A stretch of 63,192 nt of DNA, counting the filler, from Anaerolineae bacterium (lineage in GTDB: Bacteria > Chloroflexota > Anaerolineae > Epilineales > Epilineaceae), in assembly GCA_029262755.1 (NCBI GenBank). It is 5 parts of 5 records of this genome, joined end to end, with 100 filler letters (N's around TTAATTAATTAA, not from the genome) between each part and the next. Parts side by side here need not be neighbours in the genome. Positions count along the whole stretch, not along the records: positions 26,644 to 33,670 come from JAJCYU010000225.1; positions 33,771 to 48,642 come from JAJCYU010000226.1; 3 more parts are not named here. One strand, written 5' to 3'. Made by a program: the position numbers and the translations under genes. The notes below the pieces were generated by a model, which saw only the letters and a program-made list of their open reading frames with translations, had not been told where the DNA came from and did not search any database. Positions 30,611 to 40,735 of the stretch are shown one piece after another (the stretch's first letter is position 1; each line of letters starts with the position of its first letter).

Positions 30611-31678
30611 ATGTCTTCCTCGGACCGTGAACCGGCCTATCGTCCCGCCACCGCGACGCACGATTCGTCGCGGGTCTCTGTGATCGTGACCGTGCTCAAC
30701 GAAGCCGATAGCCTGGCTCGTCTGCTCGCGTCGCTCGCGGATCAAACGCGCGTGCCGGACGAGGTCGTGATCGTCGACGGCGGCTCGACGGACGGTACAT
30801 TGGAGTTGCTCGCGACATGGGCGCGGCGCGATGAGATGCCGCTCGTGGTCGTGGAACGACCGGGCGCGAACATCTCCCGCGGCCGAAACGTGGCGATTGA
30901 AGCCGCCGCGGGCCCGATCATCGCAAGCACGGACGCGGGTGTACGCCTGGTTGCGGAGTGGTTGGAGCGGCTTGTGATTCCGATCGTACGCGGCGAGGCA
31001 CGGGTCGCTAGCGGCTTCTTCGCATCGGACCCGCAGGGTGCGTTCGAAACCGCGCTCGGTGCGACGACGCTGCCGGAGGCGCGAGACGTTGATCCCGCGA
31101 CATTCCTGCCGTCCAGCCGCTCGATCGCGTTCTTGAAACAGGATTGGAGCCGCTGCGGTGGGTATCCGGAGTGGCTCGATTACTGCGAGGATCTCGTCTT
31201 CGACCTGAGGCTGCTCACGGTTGCGGGGCCGGCCGCCTTTGCGCGCGGCGCGGTGGCGCGCTTCCGACCGCGTAGTTCGGCCGGCGCATTCGTCAAGCAG
31301 TATTACCGCTATGCACGGGGAGACGGCAAGGCCGATCTGTGGCGAAGGCGCCATGCCATCCGTTATCTCACCTATGGCATTGCGCTACCGACGCTCTTGG
31401 CGCTCGGTGCGCGCGTACACCCCTTGTGGTGGCTGATCTTGGCCGTGTCGGTGGTCGGGTACCTGTGGAAGCCGGCCCGCCGTCTCATGCATCAATGGGG
31501 CGGGCTGTCGCGCTGGGAGCGGGTCAAGGCCATGGCGTGGGTGCCCGCGATCCGTTTGCTCGGCGATTTGGCCAAGATGGCGGGCTATCCGGTGGGATGG
31601 CGTTGGCGCCTGCGTGAGCGTCCACCGCGGTGGCGGCCGAGCTTCCAACCGGTGACACGCCCTACGAGCGGACGCTGA
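30611..31678 (+). CDS. glycosyltransferase family 2
   Basis: VSVIVTVLNE, VDGGSTDGT, GRN, STDAG, CED; C-terminal TM segments. Confidence 0.92.
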   Translation: MSSSDREPAYRPATATHDSSRVSVIVTVLNEADSLARLLASLADQTRVPDEVVIVDGGSTDGTLELLATWARRDEMPLVVVERPGANISRGRNVAIEAAAGPIIASTDAGVRLVAEWLERLVIPIVRGEARVASGFFASDPQGAFETALGATTLPEARDVDPATFLPSSRSIAFLKQDWSRCGGYPEWLDYCEDLVFDLRLLTVAGPAAFARGAVARFRPRSSAGAFVKQYYRYARGDGKADLWRRRHAIRYLTYGIALPTLLALGARVHPLWWLILAVSVVGYLWKPARRLMHQWGGLSRWERVKAMAWVPAIRLLGDLAKMAGYPVGWRWRLRERPPRWRPSFQPVTRPTSGR

Positions 31679-31710
31679 GCGCCTCGGGCGAGGCCGGGCA
31701 CCGTGCCCCC

Positions 31711-32541
31711 GTGCGACGTGGACGTGGGCGTATCGCAGCCCGCCTGGCCGTCGCGCCGGCCATTGCTCTGGCCGTCGCGCTCTGCGTCGGGGCCTTCGGT
31801 TCGGCAGGCCGTCCCGCGACCGTCCGCGGACAGGGCGTGCCGACCGCAACCCCCTTGGCGTTGGCGCCACCTCCATCGGCCGCGGTTGCCATTGCCGGTC
31901 GCTGGTCGGTGACCCGCAGCTGGCTGCGTCGTTGCCCGGGTTGCTCGTTTCCGGTCGTGCGCACCGCCACCTGGGACATCACGGTGGTGAGCGACACGGT
32001 GCGCGTCGCACGCGGACCACGTGGCGTCATCATGCCGGATGGCATGGGCGGGGCGCTCTTGCATCTGGAGGGTCTCGAGGCCATGGCGGGCTCAACGCTG
32101 CGCTTCTACTACTCGACCTTGCGCGTTGCGCCGGACGGATTGTCCTTCGAGGGCGGATTTTCCGGATCGGAACGCCTCGCAAATCCCTGTGGTTCAACGC
32201 CGCCGACGGTCACGTGCTTTGCGAACGCAGGGTGGTTGCGCGCGACGCGCATCGATGCCACGCCGGGTCCGCGTGCGCCCACCCCCGCCGGACCGCCTAC
32301 CGCAGGCGCGCCCACAGCCGCGGCCACGGGGTCGCCGACCGTAGCGCAGACGCCGTTGCCATCGGCCACGCCCACCGAAGCGGCAACGCCATCGCCCGCG
32401 CCGGTCGGCCCGACCGCGACCGCAACGTCTGCACCCTCCGCTACCCGCGCGGCGCCGACGGCTACGGCTACAGCAACGCAGACACCTCCGATTCCATGGG
32501 CGGCATGGTTGCCCATCCTCAGTCCCGCGGGACGCCGGTAG
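31711..32541 (+). CDS. secreted hypothetical protein with Pro/Thr linker
   Basis: Signal-like segment; small Cys-containing domain; PT/A-rich linker; tail AWLPILSPAGRR. Start uncertain. Confidence 0.65.
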   Translation: MRRGRGRIAARLAVAPAIALAVALCVGAFGSAGRPATVRGQGVPTATPLALAPPPSAAVAIAGRWSVTRSWLRRCPGCSFPVVRTATWDITVVSDTVRVARGPRGVIMPDGMGGALLHLEGLEAMAGSTLRFYYSTLRVAPDGLSFEGGFSGSERLANPCGSTPPTVTCFANAGWLRATRIDATPGPRAPTPAGPPTAGAPTAAATGSPTVAQTPLPSATPTEAATPSPAPVGPTATATSAPSATRAAPTATATATQTPPIPWAAWLPILSPAGRR

Positions 32542-32732
32542 CAGGTCGCGCCGGTTTGGGTCGACGGAGAAGGGGGGGCGACGGTCGGGCGCGCTTCGGG
32601 GCGCCTCGGGGGATGCGGGAGGCGCGCACGAATCATGAGAGCCCGTACTTCCGTCGCGACCCTGAGCACGAGGAAGGTAGATCACGTCGATGCGAATCCG
32701 CGGAACGCGGCGAAGCATCCCGGCGCGGCAAC

Positions 32733-32761
32733 TTGCCAGAACGTCCTGAAATCCTTATCAT
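32733..32761 (+). promoter_or_regulatory. sigma70-type promoter for rplY
   Basis: TTGCCA-N17-TATCAT. Confidence 0.7.
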
Positions 32762-32894
32762 CCGCCGTCGCTACCGCGTAGCCCGTAGGTGTGTATTTGC
32801 GGGTGCTCGGTAGTCCGAATTAAGTGTCCAAGTACGCGAGTGCCCCTAGCGCGCAGCGCTGGTGGCGGCGCGTGAAGTCCAGGGAGTCATGTTC

Positions 32895-33578
32895 ATGTCC
32901 GAAACGATCCAGCTCAACGCGGCGGAGCGCACGGTGACCGGCAAGAAGGTCGCGCAGCTGCGCCGCGAGGGCAAGACGCCGATCGTGCTCTACGGTCCGC
33001 GCTCCGAGCCCGTCGCGTTGCAGGTCGAGACCAAGGCGTTGCAGGAAGTTCTCTTCCGCAGCGGCACGACACATGTGATCGAGGTTCAGATCGATGGCGA
33101 GAGCGCGCCGCGCCGGGCCATCGCCCGTGCCCGTCAGTTGCATCCGACGCGCCTGACCCCGCTTCATGCGGACTTCCTTGAGATCGATAAGGAAGTCAAG
33201 GTGACCACGAAGGTACCCACGCGCCTCACCGGCGCGATTCCGCGTGTCGTGACGCGCAACGAGGCCCGTCTCCAGCTGTTGATCGAATCACTGGAGATCC
33301 GAGCCTTGCCGGATGATCTCCCCGCGGAGATCCAGGTGGACACCAGCAAGCTGACCCGGATCGGGCAGATCGTTCGCATCCGCGATCTCGAGCCGCCGGA
33401 CGGCGTGCGCATTATGGCGGATCCGGATCGCGCGATCGGCCGTATGGCTGCGCTGCGCCGCCAGATGGTTATCGAAGAGGACGTGGAGGACGAGGACGAG
33501 GACCTCGAGGGCGAAGAGCTCGAAGGGGCCGAGGCCGCGGAAGGTGCGTCCGAGGATGGAGGCGGCGGCGAGGGCTAA
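32895..33578 (+). CDS. rplY: 50S ribosomal protein L25/Ctc
   Basis: GKKVAQLRREGKTPIVLYG, HPTRLTPLHADF, LPAEIQVD; acidic tail; RBS AGGGAG. Confidence 0.95.
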   Translation: MSETIQLNAAERTVTGKKVAQLRREGKTPIVLYGPRSEPVALQVETKALQEVLFRSGTTHVIEVQIDGESAPRRAIARARQLHPTRLTPLHADFLEIDKEVKVTTKVPTRLTGAIPRVVTRNEARLQLLIESLEIRALPDDLPAEIQVDTSKLTRIGQIVRIRDLEPPDGVRIMADPDRAIGRMAALRRQMVIEEDVEDEDEDLEGEELEGAEAAEGASEDGGGGEG

Positions 33579-33605
33579 TCCCTGCCGCAGCACGCTAAAT
33601 TGCAC

Positions 33606-33645
33606 GCGCGGGGCCGGCATGGAGCCGGCCCCGCGCTCGTTCGTT
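33606..33645 (+). terminator. probable intrinsic terminator after rplY
   Basis: 13-bp perfect stem gcgcggggccggc / gccggccccgcgc followed by tcgttcgtt. Confidence 0.75.
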
Positions 33646-33670
33646 CGCGTTCCGAACGACGCACAGTCGC

Positions 33671-33770
33671 NNNNNNNNNNNNNNNNNNNNNNNNNNNNNN
33701 NNNNNNNNNNNNNNTTAATTAATTAANNNNNNNNNNNNNNNNNNNNNNNNNNNNNNNNNNNNNNNNNNNN
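33671..33770. other. artificial contig linker
   Basis: N-TTAATTAATTAA-N. Confidence 0.98.
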
Positions 33771-34585
33771 TTCATGCCGGCCAGGTGCTGAACGGCTCCG
33801 GAAATACCGCACGCGATGTAGAGGGTCGGCGACACCGTCTTGCCCGTCTGCCCCACCTGATCGCCGTGCGGTCGCCAGCCCGCGTCCACCACGGCGCGGC
33901 TGGCGCCGACGCCTGCGCCCAGCGCGTCAGCCAGCTCCTCCAGCATCGCAAAGTGCTCCGGCCCACCCATGCCACGACCACCGCTGACGATGATGTCGGC
34001 TTCGGAGACGTCCGGCCGGCTCGATTCGGCGCGTTCGACCGATGTCACGCTCGCCCCGGACGGGAGCTCGCCTACGCTCGCATCGATGCGCGTCGGCGTT
34101 CCCGTGCCGGTATCCGGAGAGACGCTGTTGGGACGAACCGTGGCGATTGCCGGTCGATCGGACAGCCGCACATGGGCGATCGCCTTGCCCGCGTAGATCG
34201 GCCGAACGGCGCGGACCTCTTCGTTGTCTCTCGAGAGGGCGACCACGTCCGATGCCATGTCTACGGCGAGTGCCGCGGCGATGCGTGGAATCAGGTCGCG
34301 TCCACGCGCTGTCGCCGCGCCGAGCACGACCTCCGGCTCCTTCTCGCGCGCCAAGTCCGCGACAGCGGCGGCCCATGCGCTCGGTGAATACGCGGAAAGG
34401 CGCTCATCGTCGAGCACGTATAGCGTATCGACGGGCAGGTCCTCTGCTGCGGCAGCCAAACCGTGCCCGATGACAACGGCGCAAACGTCCGCCTGACCCA
34501 TAGCCCGCGCCGCCGCAATCAGCTCGCGCGTCGTTCGGGTCGGCACTCCGTTCTTGAACTCCACTACCGTCCAGATCTCGGCCAT
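33771..34585 (-). CDS. etfA: electron transfer flavoprotein alpha subunit (3' truncated)
   Basis: IIVSGGRGMG, GASRAVVDAGW, QVGQTGKTV, GISGAVQHLAGM. Confidence 0.95.
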
Positions 34586-35364
34586 CAGATCACCTTCGAT
34601 TCTTCGTGCAGCAGGCGCGCGAGCTCACGCGCTGCTTCTTGGGGCTCGCCGGCGACAATCCGACCCGCGCCTCGATCCGGCGGTGCTTCCACGCGCTCTA
34701 CGTGCACGCCCCTTGCGGGCAGGGCATCGGCCTCGATCCCGAGGCTCTGCGCATCACGGACCGGAATCTCCTTGCGCTTCACGGCCATGATTCCCTTGAG
34801 GGATGCGTATCGGACTTCGTTGAGCCCCTTCTGGGCCGTCAAGACCGCGGGAAGATCCAACGACATGATCTCTTTGCCGCCTTCAATCTCGCGGCGGACG
34901 GTCGCTCGACCGTCCTGAATCTCAATGCCGGTTACGAACGATGCGTGCGGCAGGCCCAGCGCTGATGCCAAGTAGATAGGCACGAGGCCCTCGTCGTTGT
35001 CGACGGCCTTCCAGCCGGCCCAGATCATGTCGTAGGGCAGATCGCGAATCGCTGCGGCCAGCACGTGGGCGACCGCGCGCGGACCGAGCTCGGCAAACAG
35101 CGGGTCGGAGAGCAACACGGCCTCGTCGGCGCCAAGAGCCAGCATGTCTTTCAAGGCGCTCGTTGCGCGTTCCGGTCCGATCGTGATCAGGGTCACGCTA
35201 CCGCCGTGCGCTTCCTTGAGCCGCAGCGCTTCCTCCACGGCATATTCGTCATAGGGGCTCACGACCCAGGTTACGCCTTCCAGATCGACCACGCCGTCCT
35301 TCACGCGGTCCTGGATGCGCGACGCTGTGTCGGGCACCTGCTTGATCAACACGATGATATCCAC
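34585..35364 (-). CDS. etfB: electron transfer flavoprotein beta subunit
   Basis: IKQVPDT, YDEYAVEEALRLKE, RYASLKGIM; RBS AGGAG + GTG. Confidence 0.95.
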   Translation of the reverse strand: MDIIVLIKQVPDTASRIQDRVKDGVVDLEGVTWVVSPYDEYAVEEALRLKEAHGGSVTLITIGPERATSALKDMLALGADEAVLLSDPLFAELGPRAVAHVLAAAIRDLPYDMIWAGWKAVDNDEGLVPIYLASALGLPHASFVTGIEIQDGRATVRREIEGGKEIMSLDLPAVLTAQKGLNEVRYASLKGIMAVKRKEIPVRDAQSLGIEADALPARGVHVERVEAPPDRGAGRIVAGEPQEAARELARLLHEESKVI

Positions 35365-35497
35365 CGCTCGCTCACTCCTGTGGGTCACGGGAAATGCCGC
35401 TCTTCTGCGCTCGACGCTGAGCGGCAACGGCACACGTTACCACGACCCCCCGCGCATCATGAAACGTCAGCAGCACGCGCCGGAACTGGCATATCAC

Positions 35498-35526
35498 TTG
35501 ACATAGGAATGTGGCGCGCCTATCGT
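35498..35526 (+). promoter_or_regulatory. sigma70-type promoter for xerD
   Basis: TTGACA-N17-TATCGT. Confidence 0.7.
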
Positions 35527-35616
35527 CGCCCCGCTTATGGCAAGTGGTTATAGACGTGGTTATCGACAGGTCCCAAGAAGTGGCACGGCCGAAAGGCCAT
35601 GTCGGGGAGGCGGAGG

Positions 35617-36510
35617 ATGGATCCGCGCATCACGGAGTTCTTGCGACATATCGAGGTCGAGCGCGGCTATTCGCCGCACACCCTCAGCGCATACCGTAAC
35701 GATCTTGGTCAGTTCGACGCCTTTTTGGGAGTCCAGGAAAGCGAACGCGAATGGCCGAAGGTCGATCAAGACGTCGTGGTCAGCTATGTCCTCTCCCTCA
35801 AAGAGCGCGAGTACTCGCAGGCGACCGTGGCGCGCAAGCTCGCGGCGATCAAGAGCTTCTTCCACTTCCTGGTCGCAGAATCGGTGCTGGCGGACGATCC
35901 AACGGCGGCCCTCGACGCGCCGCGGGTGACGAAAAAGCTGCCGCGCACATTGTCGCGTGATGACGTGGAACGATTGCTGGCCGCTCCGCTCGCGGGGCGC
36001 GGGCCCAAAGCGTTGCGTGACGCAGCCTTGTTGGAAGTGCTCTACGCGACAGGCATCCGTGTCAGCGAGCTCGTGGCGCTCAACGTCGAGGACGTCAGCT
36101 TGCCATCGGCGACCATGCGCTGTCTTGGCAAGGGATCAAAAGAGCGGATCATCCCCATGTACGATCGTGCGGTCGAGGTCATTCGCACGTACTTGGAAGA
36201 AGGCCGCGTGACGTATCTGAAGGACCGCGACGAGCGGGCGCTCTTCCTAAATCCTCGCGGATCCCGACTGACCCGTCAAGGTCTGTGGCTCATCATCAAA
36301 GCCTACGTGGAAAAGTCCGAGATCAGCACGCGCGTCACACCGCATACGCTGCGCCACAGTTTCGCGACGCACTTGCTCTCGGGCGGGGCGAACCTGCGCG
36401 AAGTCCAGCAGCTGTTGGGTCATGCCAACGTGTCAACGACCCAGATCTACACCCACGTCAGCAAAGATCGTTTGCGGCGCACGTACGACGCGACGCACCC
36501 GCGAGCGTAG
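35617..36510 (+). CDS. xerD: site-specific tyrosine recombinase XerD
   Basis: YATGIRVSEL, GKGSKERIIP, TPHTLRHSFATHLL, LGH, TTQIYTHV, HPRA. Confidence 0.93.
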   Translation: MDPRITEFLRHIEVERGYSPHTLSAYRNDLGQFDAFLGVQESEREWPKVDQDVVVSYVLSLKEREYSQATVARKLAAIKSFFHFLVAESVLADDPTAALDAPRVTKKLPRTLSRDDVERLLAAPLAGRGPKALRDAALLEVLYATGIRVSELVALNVEDVSLPSATMRCLGKGSKERIIPMYDRAVEVIRTYLEEGRVTYLKDRDERALFLNPRGSRLTRQGLWLIIKAYVEKSEISTRVTPHTLRHSFATHLLSGGANLREVQQLLGHANVSTTQIYTHVSKDRLRRTYDATHPRA

Positions 36511-36535
36511 CCTGGCGAGTTCGGAGAACGGATCC

Positions 36536-37447
36536 GTGCACGATGACCTGCTCGCCGTTGAGGACAAAGCGATCCGCGAGGCGGTGGCATTTCTACGGGA
36601 CCGCTCGGTTGGGCCCGCCTCCGTAGCCATCGTAGCGGGTAGCGGGCTCTCAGCCCTGGCCGACCAGCTCGAACGCAGTGTCGTCATCGGGTACGACAAT
36701 ATCCCGCACTGGCCGGCAGCAACCGTTTCCGGCCACGCGGGCTCGTTGGCGTTTGGCGCGCTCTCCGGCGCCGCGACACTCGTTGCCGCCGGGCGTGTGC
36801 ACCTCTATGAGGGTCACGGTCCGCGGCGGCTCGTGTTCGGAATTCGGGTGATGCACGCGTTGGGTGCTTCGACACTGATCGTCACGAACGCCGCTGGAGG
36901 GCTGGCCGCGGATCTCGCGCCGGGCTCCGTGCTGGTCTTGGCCGATCACATCTTTCTGCCCGGCCTGGTGGGCTGGAGTCCGCTCCGCGGCCCGAACGAC
37001 GAATCCGCCGGGCCGCGTTTCCCCTCGATGGTCGATGCCTACGATCCCGCGCTTCGCATCGCCGCGGGCCGTGCACTGTCCGATTCAGGACTTGCGCACC
37101 GTGAAGGGGTGTATGCGATGGCCGCGGGGCCCGCGTACGAGACGCCCGCCGAAGCGCGCATGCTGCGCGGCTTTGGTGCGGACGCGGTGGGCATGAGTAC
37201 CGCCCCCGAGGTTGTCGTGGCACGCCATCTCGGCATGCGGGTGCTCGGACTTTCGCTCATCACGAACCGTGTATTCATGGGGGAGGACGTGCGGCCGCCG
37301 GATGACCGGGCGGAAGAGGAGCACGGTGGACACGCTGTCGATGGAGCCGCCCTTCACGCGGAGGTCACGCGTGCGGGTGCTGCCGCCGCACCGCGAATGG
37401 CGCAGGCGATCGCAGCGGTCGTCGGTGGTATCGCTGTTGGGCCCTAA
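36536..37447 (+). CDS. punA: purine nucleoside phosphorylase (trimeric PNP)
   Basis: GSGL, GHAG, GRVHLYEG, VTNAAGG, GPAYETPAE, VGMST. Confidence 0.9.
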   Translation: MHDDLLAVEDKAIREAVAFLRDRSVGPASVAIVAGSGLSALADQLERSVVIGYDNIPHWPAATVSGHAGSLAFGALSGAATLVAAGRVHLYEGHGPRRLVFGIRVMHALGASTLIVTNAAGGLAADLAPGSVLVLADHIFLPGLVGWSPLRGPNDESAGPRFPSMVDAYDPALRIAAGRALSDSGLAHREGVYAMAAGPAYETPAEARMLRGFGADAVGMSTAPEVVVARHLGMRVLGLSLITNRVFMGEDVRPPDDRAEEEHGGHAVDGAALHAEVTRAGAAAAPRMAQAIAAVVGGIAVGP

Positions 37448-37554
37448 CTCAGCGCGTCCTGGTCCGGACCTCTAGGAAATCTACGGCCGCGTGGCATGCT
37501 CGCTAGAACGTGCCGCGTTCGGACTTCCGAAACACAACCACGAAGCGCGCTCCG

Positions 37555-38892
37555 CTAGCGTCGTTTCAGCGTGCCGGCGAGTGCGGCGCCGGGCAAGCAG
37601 CCGCTCCGCCCCGCCTCGGGCGTTTGCGGATCGGCCGGTTCGCGCGTGGGCGGAGGTACGTCGGGCTCGCCGGGCGGAGGCGGCGCTGCCGCGCCTTCGC
37701 CGAAGGGGCGGCCTTCGCTGTCGGTGAAGCTGTTGTACGCGTCGCCGCGTCCGCTGCCTTGCGCCATTGCCGGATCATCTTGCAGCGCCCGCGCCCCTTC
37801 CACGATGCGATCGCGTACTTGCGAAGGCTCCAACCGAGGGTTGGCGTGGAGCAGCAATGCAGCCGCCCCACTGGCCATTGGCGTCGCCTGACTCGTACCG
37901 CGTAGGGCCGTATAGTGCGCATCGACCACGGCGCCCAAGCGCGTGCCGCTTGCACGTGGCGCCGCGATCGCGACGCCGGGAAACAAGACGTCCGGCTTGC
38001 TTCGCCCGTCTCCGGTCGGTCCGCGGGAACTGAACGCGGCGACGCGCACGGCGCCACGACCACGGGTCTCGGAAGCCCCGACCGTAATCACGCGCCGCGC
38101 CGCAGCGGGCGCGCCGATCGTGTGCCCAACGGGGCCGAGATTGCCTGCCGCAACACAGATTACGATGCCCTGATCCACAGCGGCGTTGCACATCATCGAT
38201 AGCGCATCGTCACCTTCCGCCGGATAGGGTGGTCCGCCGAGACTCACGTTGATGATGCGTGCCCCTTCGTCCATGGCCCACTCGATCGCCGCCATCACGG
38301 TGCTCGTCCGGCCGCCGCCCTGGCTATCGAGCACACGGCCCACGATCAGCTCGGCCTCCGGCGCGACGCCGCGATACCGTCCGTCGCTCGCAGCGCCGCT
38401 GCCAGCGGCAATGCCGGCAACGTGCGTTCCGTGTCCATTCGGATCCCGAGGGCCCGCGGCCCCTTCGCTTTCCGGTTCGACGAAATCCCGCCAGGCAGCA
38501 ATCCGGCCTTCGAAGTCGGGATGGGCAGGATCGATGCCCGTGTCGAGGATGGCTACACGTACGCCGCGGCCCGTAAAGCCCGATTCCCAGACGCGAGGCG
38601 CTTGGATCGCGGGCACCGCCTCGTCCAACCAACTATGCACGGGCAGATCGGGCCAGATTAGCTCGACGGCCGGATCGTCCGTCAACGCGGCGATCATCGT
38701 TGCGCTGACCTTGGTCGCACGTGCGTCGATCAAGCGGAAGCTATCGCTCGAGGTGACATCGGCGAGCGCACGCATCTCGCCCCGCGCGATCGGTCCGCGT
38801 TTGACCTTCAGGATGATGGGCACGAGCTCGTCGTCGGAGGGGTCGGAGGTCATAGTAACCGACAGAGACTTGTGAAGCTTCGCTGGATTCAT
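37555..38892 (-). CDS. S8 subtilisin-like serine peptidase (AprX-like, no signal peptide)
   Basis: Catalytic triad ILDTGID, GHGTHVAG, GTSQATP; AAGN; FSSRGP. Confidence 0.93.
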   Translation of the reverse strand: MNPAKLHKSLSVTMTSDPSDDELVPIILKVKRGPIARGEMRALADVTSSDSFRLIDARATKVSATMIAALTDDPAVELIWPDLPVHSWLDEAVPAIQAPRVWESGFTGRGVRVAILDTGIDPAHPDFEGRIAAWRDFVEPESEGAAGPRDPNGHGTHVAGIAAGSGAASDGRYRGVAPEAELIVGRVLDSQGGGRTSTVMAAIEWAMDEGARIINVSLGGPPYPAEGDDALSMMCNAAVDQGIVICVAAGNLGPVGHTIGAPAAARRVITVGASETRGRGAVRVAAFSSRGPTGDGRSKPDVLFPGVAIAAPRASGTRLGAVVDAHYTALRGTSQATPMASGAAALLLHANPRLEPSQVRDRIVEGARALQDDPAMAQGSGRGDAYNSFTDSEGRPFGEGAAAPPPPGEPDVPPPTREPADPQTPEAGRSGCLPGAALAGTLKRR

Positions 38893-39011
38893 GGCCGGGC
38901 GACCTCGGCGGCGGGGCGCCGTCGGGCGCCGTCGGGTAGCGGGAGCGCTCCGGGCCTTGTGCGGGCCGTACTCAACCGCGCGGAGCGCTTTACCTCATGG
39001 GGCGATTGGGC

Positions 39012-39266
39012 TCAGCAGGATTGGACGCCGCCGACCCGTTCGATGGATTTCACGGCCGGCGAGTCGGCCAGCCGTGCAATGGCTTCGCCCGATGCACGAA
39101 CAGCAACCCCGCCGATCAAGCGGTAGGTGTACTGCACGGTGATTTCAACAGGCATGGCAGTCAGCAGCTCTTCCAATCCCTGGGCAGCCGTGATGATGGC
39201 TTCATGGGTGTCCCGGGGCTTGCGGGCCAACTCGTCGGCGAATGCAGGCTCGAGCCGTACAGACAT
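39012..39266 (-). CDS. stand-alone subtilisin propeptide / inhibitor I9-like small protein (84 aa)
   Basis: RBS GAGG; YTYRLIGGVAVRASGEAIARLADSPAVKSIE resembles I9 propeptides; lies upstream of the S8 gene. Confidence 0.65.
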   Translation of the reverse strand: MSVRLEPAFADELARKPRDTHEAIITAAQGLEELLTAMPVEITVQYTYRLIGGVAVRASGEAIARLADSPAVKSIERVGGVQSC

Positions 39267-39297
39267 CGTGCGTTTCCTCTCGGGGCGTAGCGAGCCC

Positions 39298-40641
39298 TTA
39301 GGATGATTCCCGAACAAAGGTGCTGACGCTCTCGATATGCGATGTCTGCGGGAACATGTCGACCGGCCGACAGACCTCCAGCCGATACCCGATTGCACGT
39401 AATCGTTCCGCGTCCCGGGCGAGCGTCGTCGGCTCGCAGGAGACGTAGGCGATTGTAGGAGGGCGTCGAGAGGCGAGCAAGGACACAAAGGCCTTGCCAA
39501 TGCCTCCGCGCGGCGGATCGACGATGACGGCGTCGATCCGGCCTTCCACATGGGCCATGCCCTCGGCCGCGTCGCCTTCGATCAATGTCGCCGCGCTCAA
39601 TCCGGCCATGTTCTCGACGGCTGCCGCGATGGCGTCGGGATCATCGTCGATGGCCCAAACCGCGCGCGGCGGTCGATCGGGGTTCGCCTCGTCCGCGGCG
39701 GCGATCGCGAGCGCCCACGTCCCGACTCCGCAATAGGCGTCGATTACGGTCTGCGCGTCCGAAGGCACGGCGTCGACCACGAGCGCAGCGAGTTTCTGCG
39801 CCATCTGCGTGTTGACCTGGAAGAACGAGGAGGCCGGAACCGTGACCGGCCTGCCAAGAAAATGCTCGATGAGAAACGGGCGTCCCGCCGCAACCGCGAT
39901 TTGGCCGGGCGGTCCTGCAATGACGACCGATGCCGGTACGCTCACGGCGACGTCGTCCACCATGCCGGTCGGATCCTCGATGACGATCAAGCGCTCGTCG
40001 GGGTCGGCGCCGTCCCCCGTAGCGGCGCGAAAGCGGACGATCGTGCCGTCCGGTAGATCCGCTTCGAATTCCTCCATCAAGGAAAGGACGCGCGGATGCG
40101 CGATCGCGCACGTTTCCAACGGCACGAGGGCGCTTCCCTCGAGCGACACCAACGAAGGCCTCCCGCCGGACAAGCGTGTGGTCAAGCTATTGCGATACCC
40201 CCACGGGTCCGCCATCGGAACAACGGCCTCGACAGGCGGGTCCGCGATGCCGCCGATGCGGCTCAAGCTGTCGCGCAAGATGTCGGCCTTGAATCGCAGC
40301 TGCGCAGCGTAGTCGACGTGCTGCCAGCGACAGCCGCCGCACCAATGTGTCTGCGATCGGCCGCGCTCCGGCCACGCTCCAAAATGGGGACAACGGGCTT
40401 CGGCCACTCGATCCGGCGACGGAGGCTCGGGCAGGACGTCGAGCATGGCGCGGGCCCAGCGCGGCTTTTGTTCCTCGAGCCGCGCCGAGACGTGTTCCCC
40501 AGGAAGCCCGCCTTCGACGAATACCGCGCGTCCGTCCTCTTCGCGACCGATCGCAGCGCCGCCATGGGCCATGCCGGTGAGCTCGATCGGCCCGACCGTC
40601 TCCGCGGCTTTCGGTTCTTCCGACGTCATTGGATTCTCCAT
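39298..40641 (-). CDS. rlmD: 23S rRNA (uracil-5)-methyltransferase RlmD/TrmA family
   Basis: TRAM domain; CPHF...CGGC; FFQVN; DAYCGVG; DPPR; YVSC; DMFPQTSHIE. Confidence 0.9.
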   Translation of the reverse strand: MENPMTSEEPKAAETVGPIELTGMAHGGAAIGREEDGRAVFVEGGLPGEHVSARLEEQKPRWARAMLDVLPEPPSPDRVAEARCPHFGAWPERGRSQTHWCGGCRWQHVDYAAQLRFKADILRDSLSRIGGIADPPVEAVVPMADPWGYRNSLTTRLSGGRPSLVSLEGSALVPLETCAIAHPRVLSLMEEFEADLPDGTIVRFRAATGDGADPDERLIVIEDPTGMVDDVAVSVPASVVIAGPPGQIAVAAGRPFLIEHFLGRPVTVPASSFFQVNTQMAQKLAALVVDAVPSDAQTVIDAYCGVGTWALAIAAADEANPDRPPRAVWAIDDDPDAIAAAVENMAGLSAATLIEGDAAEGMAHVEGRIDAVIVDPPRGGIGKAFVSLLASRRPPTIAYVSCEPTTLARDAERLRAIGYRLEVCRPVDMFPQTSHIESVSTFVRESS

Positions 40642-40735
40642 CAGCGGTGTCGCTACCGCTGCAGCTTGGTGCGAGTCTCATTCAGGATTGTCGTACATCA
40701 AACCATCGAACAGCGGTACATCGAAGCACCCGACC

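Noticed and set aside
35617..36510. Tyrosine recombinase as a prophage/island integrase
   Set aside because: Sequence, length and position beside PNP fit housekeeping XerD; no att sites or cargo seen.
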